Under the pieces are notes generated by a model that was given only the letters and a program-made list of their open reading frames with translations, was not told the origin of the DNA and did not search any database. Positions 9,273 through 19,011 of a stretch of DNA of 64,000 nucleotides are shown piece after piece. How positions within the stretch are numbered: position 1 is the first letter of the stretch; each line of letters begins with the position of its first letter. The translations under genes and the position numbers were made by a program. Source of the stretch: Oligoflexia bacterium (GTDB taxonomy: Bacteria; Bdellovibrionota; UBA1018); contig CAVWVI010000004.1 of the NCBI GenBank assembly GCA_963758495.1, positions 1,024,001 through 1,088,000 on the forward strand, given 5' to 3'.

Positions 9273-9728
9273 GCCACTACTGAAAAAGCCTACTCCGTTG
9301 AGGTGAATTCTTATTCACTTTGTCTAAACGATATTGGCTATATTCCTGACAATATTAAGCGATATTATATGATAGGATTTCAAGCAGCTGTGACCGGCGC
9401 CTCCTGTGGCCCTGCAGGTTTAGCGGCTACTTGTTTATATACCTGGGATCCCAATATAGTTCAGACGGCTACTTCAGGCGTGGCTTGTCAGCCGCTGGCA
9501 GCCACTTCACCCTATTTTTCGAGTTACCCTTCTCCGTATGTACAATACCTGGCCACAAATAGCGCAGGAGGCGTCGTCGCCGTAAACGGGAACCTGCCTA
9601 CGACTGCATTCACTCGAACTTCATTCACTGCTGGAGCGGGTGGACAAATTTCTAGCAACTCAACATTATATGATCAATGGACTCTGACTGACCAAGGCCA
9701 ACTAGCAAATGTAACTCCCGGTCTTTAA
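9129..9728 (+). CDS. pilA: Type IVa major pilin copy 2 (intact)
   Basis: TTG start, [13 protein letters not shown] prepilin motif with Glu5, QSEAK, Cys pairs, C-terminal DQWTL. Confidence 0.9.
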   Translation: MNNQGFTLIELMIVVTIIGILASVAIPNYQKFQSRARQSEAKVALSGIATTEKAYSVEVNSYSLCLNDIGYIPDNIKRYYMIGFQAAVTGASCGPAGLAATCLYTWDPNIVQTATSGVACQPLAATSPYFSSYPSPYVQYLATNSAGGVVAVNGNLPTTAFTRTSFTAGAGGQISSNSTLYDQWTLTDQGQLANVTPGL

Positions 9729-9756
9729 TATTACTTCTTAATAGAAATGGTTGGCA

Positions 9757-10974
9757 CTACTCTGACACCCCACCAGCCATTTTGAAGATGGGGAGATACA
9801 TAGAAATCAACATTCCACCTACCATTGCGCCTAAGACGACTAACACAATCGGCTCGATGAGTTTAGTGAGTCCCGCTACGAGGGTCTCGACTTCAGCTTC
9901 AAAAAAGTCCGCTACCTTTTCTAACATCTTATCCAGATTTCCCGTCGATTCACCGACACTAATCATCTGAACAGCCATCACCGGAAAAACGTTCAGCTTG
10001 CCAATCACGTTTCCTAAGGTCTTCCCAGACTCAATTTCCGAGCGAATTTTAGTGACCGCCTCTTCTAATACGGCGTTATCTATGGTCGCTTTACAAATAT
10101 CCACGGCATCAATCAAGTTCACTCCAGCAACGAGCAAAGTTTGCATCGTTCTGGAAAATCGCGCAACTCCAGATTTTTGCATCAGCGGGCCGAAGAGAGG
10201 CATCCGAAAAAGAGCTCGATCTCGAAAGGCTCGACCTTCATCCGATTTAAAGTATCGAATCACTAAATAACTTGTAGTGATCACTGTCCCTAAAATATAG
10301 ACAATATTATTAATAACAAAGTGGGACATATTGATCACTAATTGAGTCGGAAGAGGTAGCTCCTGTCCACTCGACTTCAACATGTCCTCAAATTTTGGAA
10401 TCACAAAAACTAATAACAACGAAATCACACCAATTCCGATGGAAATCACCACAAGAGGATACATCATGGCACTTTTGAGCATTTTTTTAAGTCGATCCGC
10501 ATCTTCCAAATATCGACCGAGTCTCTTCAGCATTTGATCAATAGACCCTGAGACTTCTCCGGCACGGACCAGAGAAATATAGATTTTTGGAAATATCAGA
10601 GGATAGGCGCTTAATGACTCCCATAAAAATGCACCTTGAGAAACTTTTTCCTTAACTGCAATGACAACACTTTTAAGAGTCGCATTTCCAGCTTGATCTG
10701 TTAAAATTTCAAGACCTTGCACTAAGGGAATTCCTGAACTAATCAAAATATGAAGCTGACGTGTAAACGTCAACAAAACTTCAAGGGGTACGCTTCCACC
10801 TGGTCCAAATAAGCTAGAAATACTGGTATTCAGAGCACCTACTTTAGTCACACGAATCGGACGAATCCCTTGCCCTCGCAAAGCCATCCGAAGCTCCCCT
10901 TCATTGGGAACGCTCAGTTTTCCTTCTACTCGTTTTCCTGCTTTATCCACTCCTTGATATTGAAAATCTGGCAT
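9757..10974 (-). CDS. pilC: Type IV pilus platform protein PilC (GspF family)
   Basis: FTRQLHILISSGIPL, AGEVSGSID, KSAMMYP, VGESTGNLDKMLEKVADFFE, MYLPIF. Confidence 0.96.
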   Translation of the reverse strand: MPDFQYQGVDKAGKRVEGKLSVPNEGELRMALRGQGIRPIRVTKVGALNTSISSLFGPGGSVPLEVLLTFTRQLHILISSGIPLVQGLEILTDQAGNATLKSVVIAVKEKVSQGAFLWESLSAYPLIFPKIYISLVRAGEVSGSIDQMLKRLGRYLEDADRLKKMLKSAMMYPLVVISIGIGVISLLLVFVIPKFEDMLKSSGQELPLPTQLVINMSHFVINNIVYILGTVITTSYLVIRYFKSDEGRAFRDRALFRMPLFGPLMQKSGVARFSRTMQTLLVAGVNLIDAVDICKATIDNAVLEEAVTKIRSEIESGKTLGNVIGKLNVFPVMAVQMISVGESTGNLDKMLEKVADFFEAEVETLVAGLTKLIEPIVLVVLGAMVGGMLISMYLPIFKMAGGVSE

Positions 10975-11000
10975 ATTTCTTCCTCACTCTGCACTCGAAA

Positions 11001-12092
11001 CTATGCACCTGGGCGCTTTTCTTGGACCGGTACTAACATTTTGATTAGCTCGTCAGGCATAAAGCTATGCTCAATGGCATCGGCCTTTGACAATTCCCCA
11101 TTTTTGACAAGCATAGTAAGATGTTGATTCATGGTTTGCATTCCAGATTCATCTTGACCTGTTTGCATAGATGAATAAATTTGATGAATTTTATCTTCCC
11201 GAATCAAACTTCGTATGCCCATATTGGGAATCAGAATTTCACAAGCCATACTACGTCCAGGTTGAAAACTTTTTGGAATGAGTTGTTGAGAGAGCACTCC
11301 GACTAAAGTAAATGCAAGTACTTGTCGAATTTGAGTTTGTTGATGAGGAGGAAATACATTAAGAATACGATTAATCGATTGAATCGCACTATTCGTATGA
11401 AGTGTCGCAAAAACTAAATGCCCCGTCTCCGCCATGGTCAAAGCCATTTCAATCGTTTCTGCATCTCTTAACTCTCCCACCAAAATAAAATCAGGATCTT
11501 GACGCAAAAGGCGCTTGAGTGCTGAAGCAAAGTTTTTAGTGTCTACTCCCACTTCTCGTTGATTCACAATACAGTTTTTATGAGGATGAACAAACTCGAT
11601 AGGATCTTCAATCGTCATCATGTGCCCATAATCTTCACGATTGAGCAAATCGAGCATCGCAGCCAGAGAAGTTGACTTACCACTTCCCGTAGGTCCCGTA
11701 ACAAGAATCAGACCATTAGGCCGACGAATGAGTTTTTTCAAAATTTGAGGGAGCTTAAGAGCATCAAACTCCGGAATTGTGAGAGGAATTCTTCGAAAAA
11801 CTCCTGCGACGTTTCCACGCTGATAGAATAGATTTCCTCGAAATCGCGCCACATCTTTAATTCCGAAAGAAAAGTCGATATCTAAATTTTTTTCAAATTC
11901 AGCTTTTTGCTGATCCGTTAAAACTGAGTAACAAAGCTCCTTGGTGTCTTGGGCAGCCAGAGCGTCCATCTTGACCTTCACCATCTTTCCCTGAATTCGA
12001 AATTCAGGAGGCACTCCTTGGGTGATATGCAGATCGGAAGCATCCTGATCCACCATAGTCTTGAGCAATACGGGCAATGCTACTTTAGCCAT
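11001..12092 (-). CDS. pilT: Type IV pilus retraction ATPase PilT
   Basis: GPTGSGKSTSL, TIEDPIE, LRQDPD, AETGHLVFATLHT, AIRNLIRE-like GIRSLIRE, GMQTM. Confidence 0.96.
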   Translation of the reverse strand: MAKVALPVLLKTMVDQDASDLHITQGVPPEFRIQGKMVKVKMDALAAQDTKELCYSVLTDQQKAEFEKNLDIDFSFGIKDVARFRGNLFYQRGNVAGVFRRIPLTIPEFDALKLPQILKKLIRRPNGLILVTGPTGSGKSTSLAAMLDLLNREDYGHMMTIEDPIEFVHPHKNCIVNQREVGVDTKNFASALKRLLRQDPDFILVGELRDAETIEMALTMAETGHLVFATLHTNSAIQSINRILNVFPPHQQTQIRQVLAFTLVGVLSQQLIPKSFQPGRSMACEILIPNMGIRSLIREDKIHQIYSSMQTGQDESGMQTMNQHLTMLVKNGELSKADAIEHSFMPDELIKMLVPVQEKRPGA

Positions 12093-12093
12093 T

Positions 12094-13797
12094 TTAATTC
12101 TCCATCGTGATCGAAAGTGCTTCTTCCAAGCTCGTTAAACCTTCTGCGACTTTACTCAGAGCAGCCATTCGAAGAGTCTTCATTCCTTCTACGATCGCTT
12201 GTTTTCTTAGCTCAATGACACTCTCTCCTCGTAAAACCATCTCTTTTAAAGTCTGACTAAAATCGAGGACTTCGTAAATCGCAACCCGCCCTTTGTAACC
12301 TGTCTTATTACACTTCTGACAACCGTCTCCTTTGAGACATTTCATTTTCTCAGCTTCCTCACGACTGATTCCCAGTCCAATGAGTTTTTCCTTTGGGATC
12401 GGCTGCTCTATTTTACAGAACGTACAAATCTTTCGAAGTAAGCGTTGTCCCACTATGGTATTTACCGATGCGACCACTAAAAAAGGCTCAAGTCCCATAT
12501 TCATAAGACGTGTAATAGTACTGGGCGCATCGTTTGTATGAAGAGTAGACAAAACTAAATGGCCGGTAAGGGCGGCTTGAACCGCTACTTCCGCTGTTTC
12601 ATAATCCCGGATTTCCCCTACTAAAATGGTATCTGGATCTTGACGTAAAAGTGCTCGAAGAACGTTAGCAAATGTTAATCCGATCTCTTTATGGACCTGA
12701 ACCTGATTAATTCCCTCTAAATTATATTCAACAGGATCTTCCGCCGTTGATAAATTATCTGTAATTTGGTTCAACTCAGATAATGCGGAGTAAAGCGTAG
12801 TCGTCTTACCACTTCCTGTTGGACCCGTAACTAGAACCAAGCCATTGGGTGAGTAAATTCCCTTTTTAAATACTTCTAACTGCTTTGCTTCAAAGCCCAG
12901 CTTTAAAAGATCCAATTGAAGATTGCCTTTACTCAACATACGAAGAACAATTTTTTCTCCAAAGAGAGTCGGCATAGAGTTCACACGAAAATCGACTTCA
13001 GAACCGCCCAACTTCAACTTGATTCGGCCATCTTGAGGTACGCGAGTTTCAGCAATATCCATTCGAGACATAATTTTGAAACGGGCAATCACGGCTCTTT
13101 TCATCTCAATGGGAGCTTGAGCAATTTCACTGAGTACACCATCGATACGCATTCGAATTCGAAACCTTTTCTCATAAGGCTCGACATGAATGTCACTCGC
13201 CATTCGTCGAATCCCTTCACTCAAAATACCGTTCACTAATTGAATGACCGGTGCATCTTGATCAGAAGTGCCAGTCTCAATTTCATGGACCTGAACTAAC
13301 TCCAACCCTAAGGTTTCTGCTACTTTACCTTCATTATCTTTTTGATAGGTATCTATCGCAGCCCCAAGAGAAGCTGCTCCAGTATAATATTTGGCGTACG
13401 CTGCATCGAATGCAGAAAAAGAGGTAATGACAGGCTCTATATTCAATTTCAAAATAAATTTAAGACTCTCAAAACCAGAGACAAAAGTAGGATCACAAAC
13501 CGCCATCACCAAAGTACCTTGATTGACTTGGACAGGAATGGCTTGATTCTTTTTGACAAGGTCAGCTGGAATTAATTTAATGACTGCAGGATTAATTTCA
13601 AATTTAGCTAAGTTCACACTGGGCAAGCCAAATCTTTGACTCAGAAAATAAAGCAACTTGGTTTCAGCAATATACTTCTTTTCAATCAAAAACCGAATAT
13701 AGCTCTTACCCCCCTTCGCCGCATCCGTAGCTTCTGCGAATTGGGGTAGGGTAATGATTTTTTCTTTAACTAATATTTCGGCAAGCTGCCGTGACAT
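12094..13797 (-). CDS. pilB: Type IV pilus extension ATPase PilB
   Basis: N-terminal MshEN/GspE domain, ASDIHVEP, GPTGSGKTTTLY, LRQDPD, Zn tetracysteine CTFC...CQKC. Confidence 0.96.
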   Translation of the reverse strand: MSRQLAEILVKEKIITLPQFAEATDAAKGGKSYIRFLIEKKYIAETKLLYFLSQRFGLPSVNLAKFEINPAVIKLIPADLVKKNQAIPVQVNQGTLVMAVCDPTFVSGFESLKFILKLNIEPVITSFSAFDAAYAKYYTGAASLGAAIDTYQKDNEGKVAETLGLELVQVHEIETGTSDQDAPVIQLVNGILSEGIRRMASDIHVEPYEKRFRIRMRIDGVLSEIAQAPIEMKRAVIARFKIMSRMDIAETRVPQDGRIKLKLGGSEVDFRVNSMPTLFGEKIVLRMLSKGNLQLDLLKLGFEAKQLEVFKKGIYSPNGLVLVTGPTGSGKTTTLYSALSELNQITDNLSTAEDPVEYNLEGINQVQVHKEIGLTFANVLRALLRQDPDTILVGEIRDYETAEVAVQAALTGHLVLSTLHTNDAPSTITRLMNMGLEPFLVVASVNTIVGQRLLRKICTFCKIEQPIPKEKLIGLGISREEAEKMKCLKGDGCQKCNKTGYKGRVAIYEVLDFSQTLKEMVLRGESVIELRKQAIVEGMKTLRMAALSKVAEGLTSLEEALSITMEN

Positions 13798-13968
13798 AGC
13801 TTCCTTACTTTAAATAAATGATTCATCCTTGAATCTCTATTAATAGTCACCTCAGGAGCGGATATTGTCAATTGAACTCAATCATCTTAAATGGGTTCAG
13901 CCAAACATTTGACACGAACTCTTCGATTGCTATGAATTATAATTAGATATTAAAATAATAAATAATAT

Positions 13969-15873
13969 ATGAAAAAGTACTCTAAACCCATCGATCCATC
14001 CAGCATGAGCCCTGAATTTCTTTATGATCACCAAGGCATGACTTTGCTTGAAGTCATGATCGCCGGGTCTATCATGATGGGGCTCTTGTTAGCTCTCACT
14101 CAATTTTCACAATATATGAATCGCACTGTGGCCAGCACTCGGAGTACTGCGGACTTTACTTCTCTGGTCACCGCAATTCAAGGAATTCTGAATCAGTCCA
14201 CGAACTGCGCAAGTGCTTTTAGTAATTTCTCATTTGGCACTCTTCCTTCACCAGGAACAATCAATTCTCCCCCAAACATGATGCCTTGGACCACCAATGG
14301 TAGCACCGGAGCAATGATTGTACCCAACGGTTATTACTCTGCTAATCTCACGGTCACCCAGTTTGCTTTTACTTCTATCACCAGTCTTCCAACTGCGAAT
14401 ATGTATCAATTAAACCTCCACCTGGCTGCCCAAAAAGTAGTGGGAGGCGGTGGAGCGGTAGGTGTTCAAAATCTCTCCCATGATTTTTCGCTTTCAGTCA
14501 CGCTGAATCCCAGCGCTAATTACGCAATTATAGGATGCTCTGGGAACGGAAGTTCTCTTTGGCTGCAAAACCCCACTACTCAAAATATTTATCCGGTTTC
14601 ACCTACCATTAACGTTGGTATTGGAACAACAAGTCCTAATAATGCATTGGAAATAAGTGATGGAGCTTTCAGCTTCTTTAACGGCTCTAGCTCTGGACCA
14701 TGGACTGCAGTTGGCTTGGCTTATGATGCTCCATCGGACACGCTCCAACTCAAAAGTAATAACGGCGCTTCTCAGTTAAATCGGACTAATATGGCGATTG
14801 CCCGAACCTCTGGCAACGTCGGCATCGGGACGACAGCACCTGGAGCACTATTGGAAGTGAATGGATCCATTCTCCAAGAAAATGGGAACTCCCTCCAGGC
14901 AAAGAATTCAAGTGGCACTATAGAAAGTTGGATGTGGCCACGATGGAATGATAATGTGATGTATACTAATTTTGGATCTGCAGGCTGGAATATTCGAAAC
15001 GACACTAGCAATTCCGTGCTGTTTATGGCAAATGGAGGTAATGTCGGCATCGGACAAACAACCCCTACTCGTGCGGAACTCGAGCTTTTTAGTGCTGCAC
15101 AAATTTCCCCTCGACTCCTTCTTTCGGGGCAGGAATTTTATAGTCCAGGTTGGACCTCATCGGACGGTATTGCTCTTGTTTTGGGAGTCAATCGCGGGGG
15201 TAACAGGCAACTTTGGATTGGAGACAGTGCTTCTCTAGCCGTGAACTCTACGAATACAATGTTTCGCATCATACCCGGAGCATCCGGAGCAACGATAGAT
15301 GCTGTAGCGACAAACGGAAATAACAGTCAACTGAATATTGGAAATAGCGCCGGTGTGTTGATGAATGGCACCGTCAGTATGGGGACAACAACCCAGTGGA
15401 GCACGCCGGCGAGAACTCTTGCAGTAAATGGCCCTGCCATGTTTGGAACCAGTGGCTCTCCTAGTTATCTTTCCCCTGCTATATTGACAGGCACCAGCGG
15501 AAATGTGCCGTTTCGTTGCTATGAAAACAGGTGGCAATCCCAAGGAGCGATTTATGGAACTGGCAATTGCTTTGCTAACTCATGGTATCTGGGTAACAAT
15601 AGAATGTGCGACAATGGAGGCTTGCAATATGTCAAGTGCAACACTATTACAGACATAGCAATAGCAGGAGGGGTTGACTGTAAAGCATCGAATAATCCCC
15701 CTATCTCAGTAGAGTATAGTGGCCCCTACTACAGTAACACATCAATAGCTAAACTCGGTAATCCTGGGTCAGGAACTCCAATTGGATGGATGGGGAGCTG
15801 CGGCACCACTGTTGGCAGCAAGTGGAATATGAACCCTGCACAAGTGTTTGTTACCTGTTGTAGTCTTCAATAA
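13969..15873 (+). CDS. Large pilin-like protein with NVGIG fibre repeats and a Cys-rich C-terminal domain
   Basis: G|MTLLEVMIA prepilin motif; NVGIGTTSP / GNVGIGTTAP / GNVGIGQTTP repeats; C-terminus AIAGGVDC...GWMGSC...VFVTCC. Confidence 0.8.
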   Translation: MKKYSKPIDPSSMSPEFLYDHQGMTLLEVMIAGSIMMGLLLALTQFSQYMNRTVASTRSTADFTSLVTAIQGILNQSTNCASAFSNFSFGTLPSPGTINSPPNMMPWTTNGSTGAMIVPNGYYSANLTVTQFAFTSITSLPTANMYQLNLHLAAQKVVGGGGAVGVQNLSHDFSLSVTLNPSANYAIIGCSGNGSSLWLQNPTTQNIYPVSPTINVGIGTTSPNNALEISDGAFSFFNGSSSGPWTAVGLAYDAPSDTLQLKSNNGASQLNRTNMAIARTSGNVGIGTTAPGALLEVNGSILQENGNSLQAKNSSGTIESWMWPRWNDNVMYTNFGSAGWNIRNDTSNSVLFMANGGNVGIGQTTPTRAELELFSAAQISPRLLLSGQEFYSPGWTSSDGIALVLGVNRGGNRQLWIGDSASLAVNSTNTMFRIIPGASGATIDAVATNGNNSQLNIGNSAGVLMNGTVSMGTTTQWSTPARTLAVNGPAMFGTSGSPSYLSPAILTGTSGNVPFRCYENRWQSQGAIYGTGNCFANSWYLGNNRMCDNGGLQYVKCNTITDIAIAGGVDCKASNNPPISVEYSGPYYSNTSIAKLGNPGSGTPIGWMGSCGTTVGSKWNMNPAQVFVTCCSLQ

Positions 15874-15967
15874 CATGGCAAGCTATGGGCTTTCTTGACT
15901 CACATTTGATAGTTACTCAATTAAAATTATTTTATTAAATCTTCGCTCACTCTATAATATATAAATA

Positions 15968-17254
15968 ATGTCTATAAACAAAAAAAAGAATCATACCGGA
16001 GTGAGTGGCCAATCCTTAATCAGCGTGATGATCGCGCTGGGAATCACCACCATGATTGCATTAGCGATTACTCAACTCACGACAAGTGGCGGCAAGGCCC
16101 AAAAAAACCTTCAAACTTTAGGTGAATTTTCAAACCTCATGTCCTTGGTTCAAGCCATGCAAGCAGATCCAACAACCTGCACTAGCATGTTGACTGGGAC
16201 AACATCGGACCCCACTCCTTTACTCCCGCAGAATGGAAGCTCAACCTCTCTCAATGGACTCAAACTTCCGAACGGGTCCTGGCTTTTTCAAAATGACCAA
16301 TCCAGAGCCGGACTCTTTACCCTTTCATCCATCACACTCGCCATTGTTCCGGGCACGAATTGTTTACCTAACACGACTTGCCAGGCAGCCTTAACGGTAC
16401 AAGCTACGAAAAGTGCTGCGGGCACCAGTCTGTCTTATGGAAATAATTCGATCACAAAAACCGTTAATCTCACTGTAGTTGTAGATAATACCAATCATAT
16501 TCAAAAATGCGGACAAGCGACAGCTCCACCTACATTAGGACAGGTCATCATCATCCCAGCCGGTACCTCCAATGGCTTTCTCAATACTTATGGAACTTCA
16601 GTCACTGCTACCGTTCAAGTCCAAGCTGCAGGAGGAGGTGGCTCCCAAGGTGGGGGGGCCTGCCAAGGAAATAATCCAGGATATAAGGGAGGCGATGGCG
16701 CATTTTACCAAGGCCAAATCAATTTGCTGCCCGGAGATGGAATTCAAGTGCAAGTGGGAACCGGGGGGATCATGGGATGGAATTCAGTGGCTCAATGGGG
16801 AGAAGATGCTCGAATTTGGATCACCTCAAATAGCAGCATTATCGAAACAATCATAGTGGAAGCTGGAAAGGCTTATGGGGGTTACTCTGAATATAATCAA
16901 AATAGTAATCCCTATGTTTTTTCCCGCGCACCCATCTATTGGCACTGTCCAAATTGGACTGGAATCACCAATCCTTGCTCAGACGGTTCTAATATAACTC
17001 CTACAGTCATTCATTCTCCAGCTACCACACCGAGTGACCGCGAATCCTCACCCGTTGTGAATTCAGGGACGGTATGTGTCCCTATGGGTGTCAGCGGCGA
17101 TCCCTTTCCCCACCCCGAATCGTATTATAATTTAAATCTTGTCAACACTTACGGCCTAGGTTCCTTCGGCTATGGAGGACTGGCCGGATGGGGTGGAACA
17201 AATCATATCCAAAGCAACGGGCAAGATGGAGTTGCGATTCTAAAACTGAACTGA
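15968..17254 (+). CDS. Pilin-like protein (no Glu5) with a C-terminal glycine-rich tail-fibre-like domain
   Basis: G|QSLISVMIALG hydrophobic helix; VQAAGGGGSQGGG...GGDGAFYQGQINLLPGDGIQVQVGTGG...GYGG...NGQDGVAIL. Confidence 0.75.
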   Translation: MSINKKKNHTGVSGQSLISVMIALGITTMIALAITQLTTSGGKAQKNLQTLGEFSNLMSLVQAMQADPTTCTSMLTGTTSDPTPLLPQNGSSTSLNGLKLPNGSWLFQNDQSRAGLFTLSSITLAIVPGTNCLPNTTCQAALTVQATKSAAGTSLSYGNNSITKTVNLTVVVDNTNHIQKCGQATAPPTLGQVIIIPAGTSNGFLNTYGTSVTATVQVQAAGGGGSQGGGACQGNNPGYKGGDGAFYQGQINLLPGDGIQVQVGTGGIMGWNSVAQWGEDARIWITSNSSIIETIIVEAGKAYGGYSEYNQNSNPYVFSRAPIYWHCPNWTGITNPCSDGSNITPTVIHSPATTPSDRESSPVVNSGTVCVPMGVSGDPFPHPESYYNLNLVNTYGLGSFGYGGLAGWGGTNHIQSNGQDGVAILKLN

Positions 17255-17461
17255 GCGGAAATTAATAGATCGAGGCTCCTTACTTATACTGATGTAAGTG
17301 GGCAAGTAATTTGGGCTCAAAATTCACTTAAATGAAGTAGTTCTTTAGAAAATAGGTTACGTTTTAGGGATTTCTCCCTTAGGGAGAATTATTTAGACTC
17401 GGCTTTGTTTTTGTATTGTATCTCTTCCAATTTCTAATAAATAGAAATAGAATGAAATAGA

Positions 17462-18350
17462 ATGCAACGACAAAAAACCTCTCTGAGTCCACTTGAAGCA
17501 CGCTTTTTTTCCTGGGTCCAAACCATGGGAATTGAAATCGTTCGAACTCGAGACTTGATGAAGGCCCTCGGATTTTCTCCTCAACAAGAGGCCCATGTTT
17601 TAACAGCTCTGAGCCAGTCAGGAATGATTGTTCAAGCACTTTTTAAATCTAAAGACCATCCCTTGGTCTTTAAGGGCGGTACTGCCCTCAACAAAATTCA
17701 TGCTGGATTTTATCGATTAAGTAAAGATCTGGATTTTTCTATCTCTGTTCATCCTAAAGCGTCGAGAACTGTCAGGAGCAATGCAGCTAAACCACTTAAA
17801 GCTTTTGTAGATCGCCTTCCAAAATTTATTCCAGACTTAGCTGTCGAAAAGGCTCTTATAGGATCAAATGGGTCGGCCCAATATAACGCAGAATTTTCTT
17901 ATCAATCGACCGTGGCCCCCTTTCCTGGAAAAATTCAGTTTGAAATTGGACTAATGGATTAGCTCATACTCTGGTTCAAAATCCATTTAGGTCGGAGCCC
18001 CTCCTGCCTAGTTTTGAAGTGATCTGCCTCTCCAGGGATGAGGCCTATGCAGAAAAACTACGTGCGGCGCTTTCACGACGGACACCTGCGATTCGGGATC
18101 TATTCGACTTAGATTATGGGATTAGGACTGCAAAGCTCTATCCAGAGAGCCAGAACTTGCTTGCATTGGTAAGACAGAAGCTTACTGTTCCAGGTAACGG
18201 AATGATTGATCTGTCTGAATTAAGAAAGAGCTACGAGGTCAGATTGAAGCGGCCTTAAGGCCAGTACTGCGGCCGGTGGATTATGATGATTTTGATTTTG
18301 ACCTGGCTTGGAAAAGGTTGGAAGAAATTGGCAGGATAGTGCAAGAATGA
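17462..18350 (+). pseudogene. Decayed AbiEi/AbiEii type IV toxin-antitoxin locus (antitoxin N-terminus fused to toxin, two further breaks)
   Basis: AbiEi-like wHTH start (LSPLEARFFSWVQ...LSQSGMIVQ) runs directly into LVFKGGTALNKIHAGFYRLSKDLDFS. Frame break at ~17960, then EAYAEKLRAALSRRTPAIRDLFDL. Second shift at ~18228 to ELRGQIEAALRPVLRPVDYDDFDF...*18350. Confidence 0.8.
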
Positions 18351-18522
18351 ATAAAGTATAGCGTCTCAGTTAGCTGATAATGCATGCTGATGAGTGGATA
18401 CTTCGTCACTCCATAGACGGAGGAGGTCCTTTTTTTGTCTAAATTCTTAAAAAATCGAGAAGCCCGGCTCAACCTCACTCGATGGTAATGCTGCCGGTAA
18501 CCGATATCTAATCCATCCCGAA

Positions 18523-19011
18523 CTACGGATAGATACTCTCTCCATATTCTAGGTTAAATCTCCTTCGGTCAACGTAGACTAGTTTATTGCCTTTAACCGA
18601 AAAAACAAGTGCATATCGATTGTCGATATTATTGCCTCCGTCCCAAGTTGCTATCCCAATTTCAGGAAAACCATCGTTGTTGATATCAGCCACGTACCTT
18701 TTGGGTTTAATTGGAACGAAAAAAGCCCAATCCCAAAGTCGGTCAAACTCTTCTTCAAATTCTTTTTTCCAAAGGATGTTTTTGTGAGTGTCGGTACCTT
18801 TCTCTATTGTAAGAAGCTGCCGATGATCTCCAATTCTCTTCAAATGAAGGCTCCGACCATCTGGCAGATTAAGGTCAACGTCGTCTACAGGCATTTCACC
18901 GTTAGCTGCAAGACATTCAGCGCTAAGGAGTAAGAGAACTACAATAAAGACATTCAGTGAAGAGAAGAGACTATCTTGACTTGTTGTAAAGTTCCAAAAT
19001 TTTTTTTGCAT
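18523..19011 (-). CDS. Secreted hypothetical protein (possible inhibitor/immunity partner of the transglycosylase)
   Basis: ATG 19011 gives a signal peptide (VFIVVLLLLSAECLA); ADINNDGFPEI FG-GAP-like motif; overlaps the upstream gene end. Confidence 0.6.
   Translation of the reverse strand: MQKKFWNFTTSQDSLFSSLNVFIVVLLLLSAECLAANGEMPVDDVDLNLPDGRSLHLKRIGDHRQLLTIEKGTDTHKNILWKKEFEEEFDRLWDWAFFVPIKPKRYVADINNDGFPEIGIATWDGGNNIDNRYALVFSVKGNKLVYVDRRRFNLEYGESIYP

Noticed and set aside
8501..9728. Diversity-generating retroelement (template/variable repeat) explanation for the pilin duplication
   Set aside because: Differences between the copies are not adenine-specific, and no reverse transcriptase is in the window.
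13969..17254. Shufflon
   Set aside because: Both genes are complete and co-oriented; no inverted silent C-terminal cassettes, sfx-like repeats or recombinase were seen.
17335..17347. aagtagttcttta resembling the leader of the 100-bp repeat
   Set aside because: Only 13 bp with an indel and no hairpin follows; could be chance.
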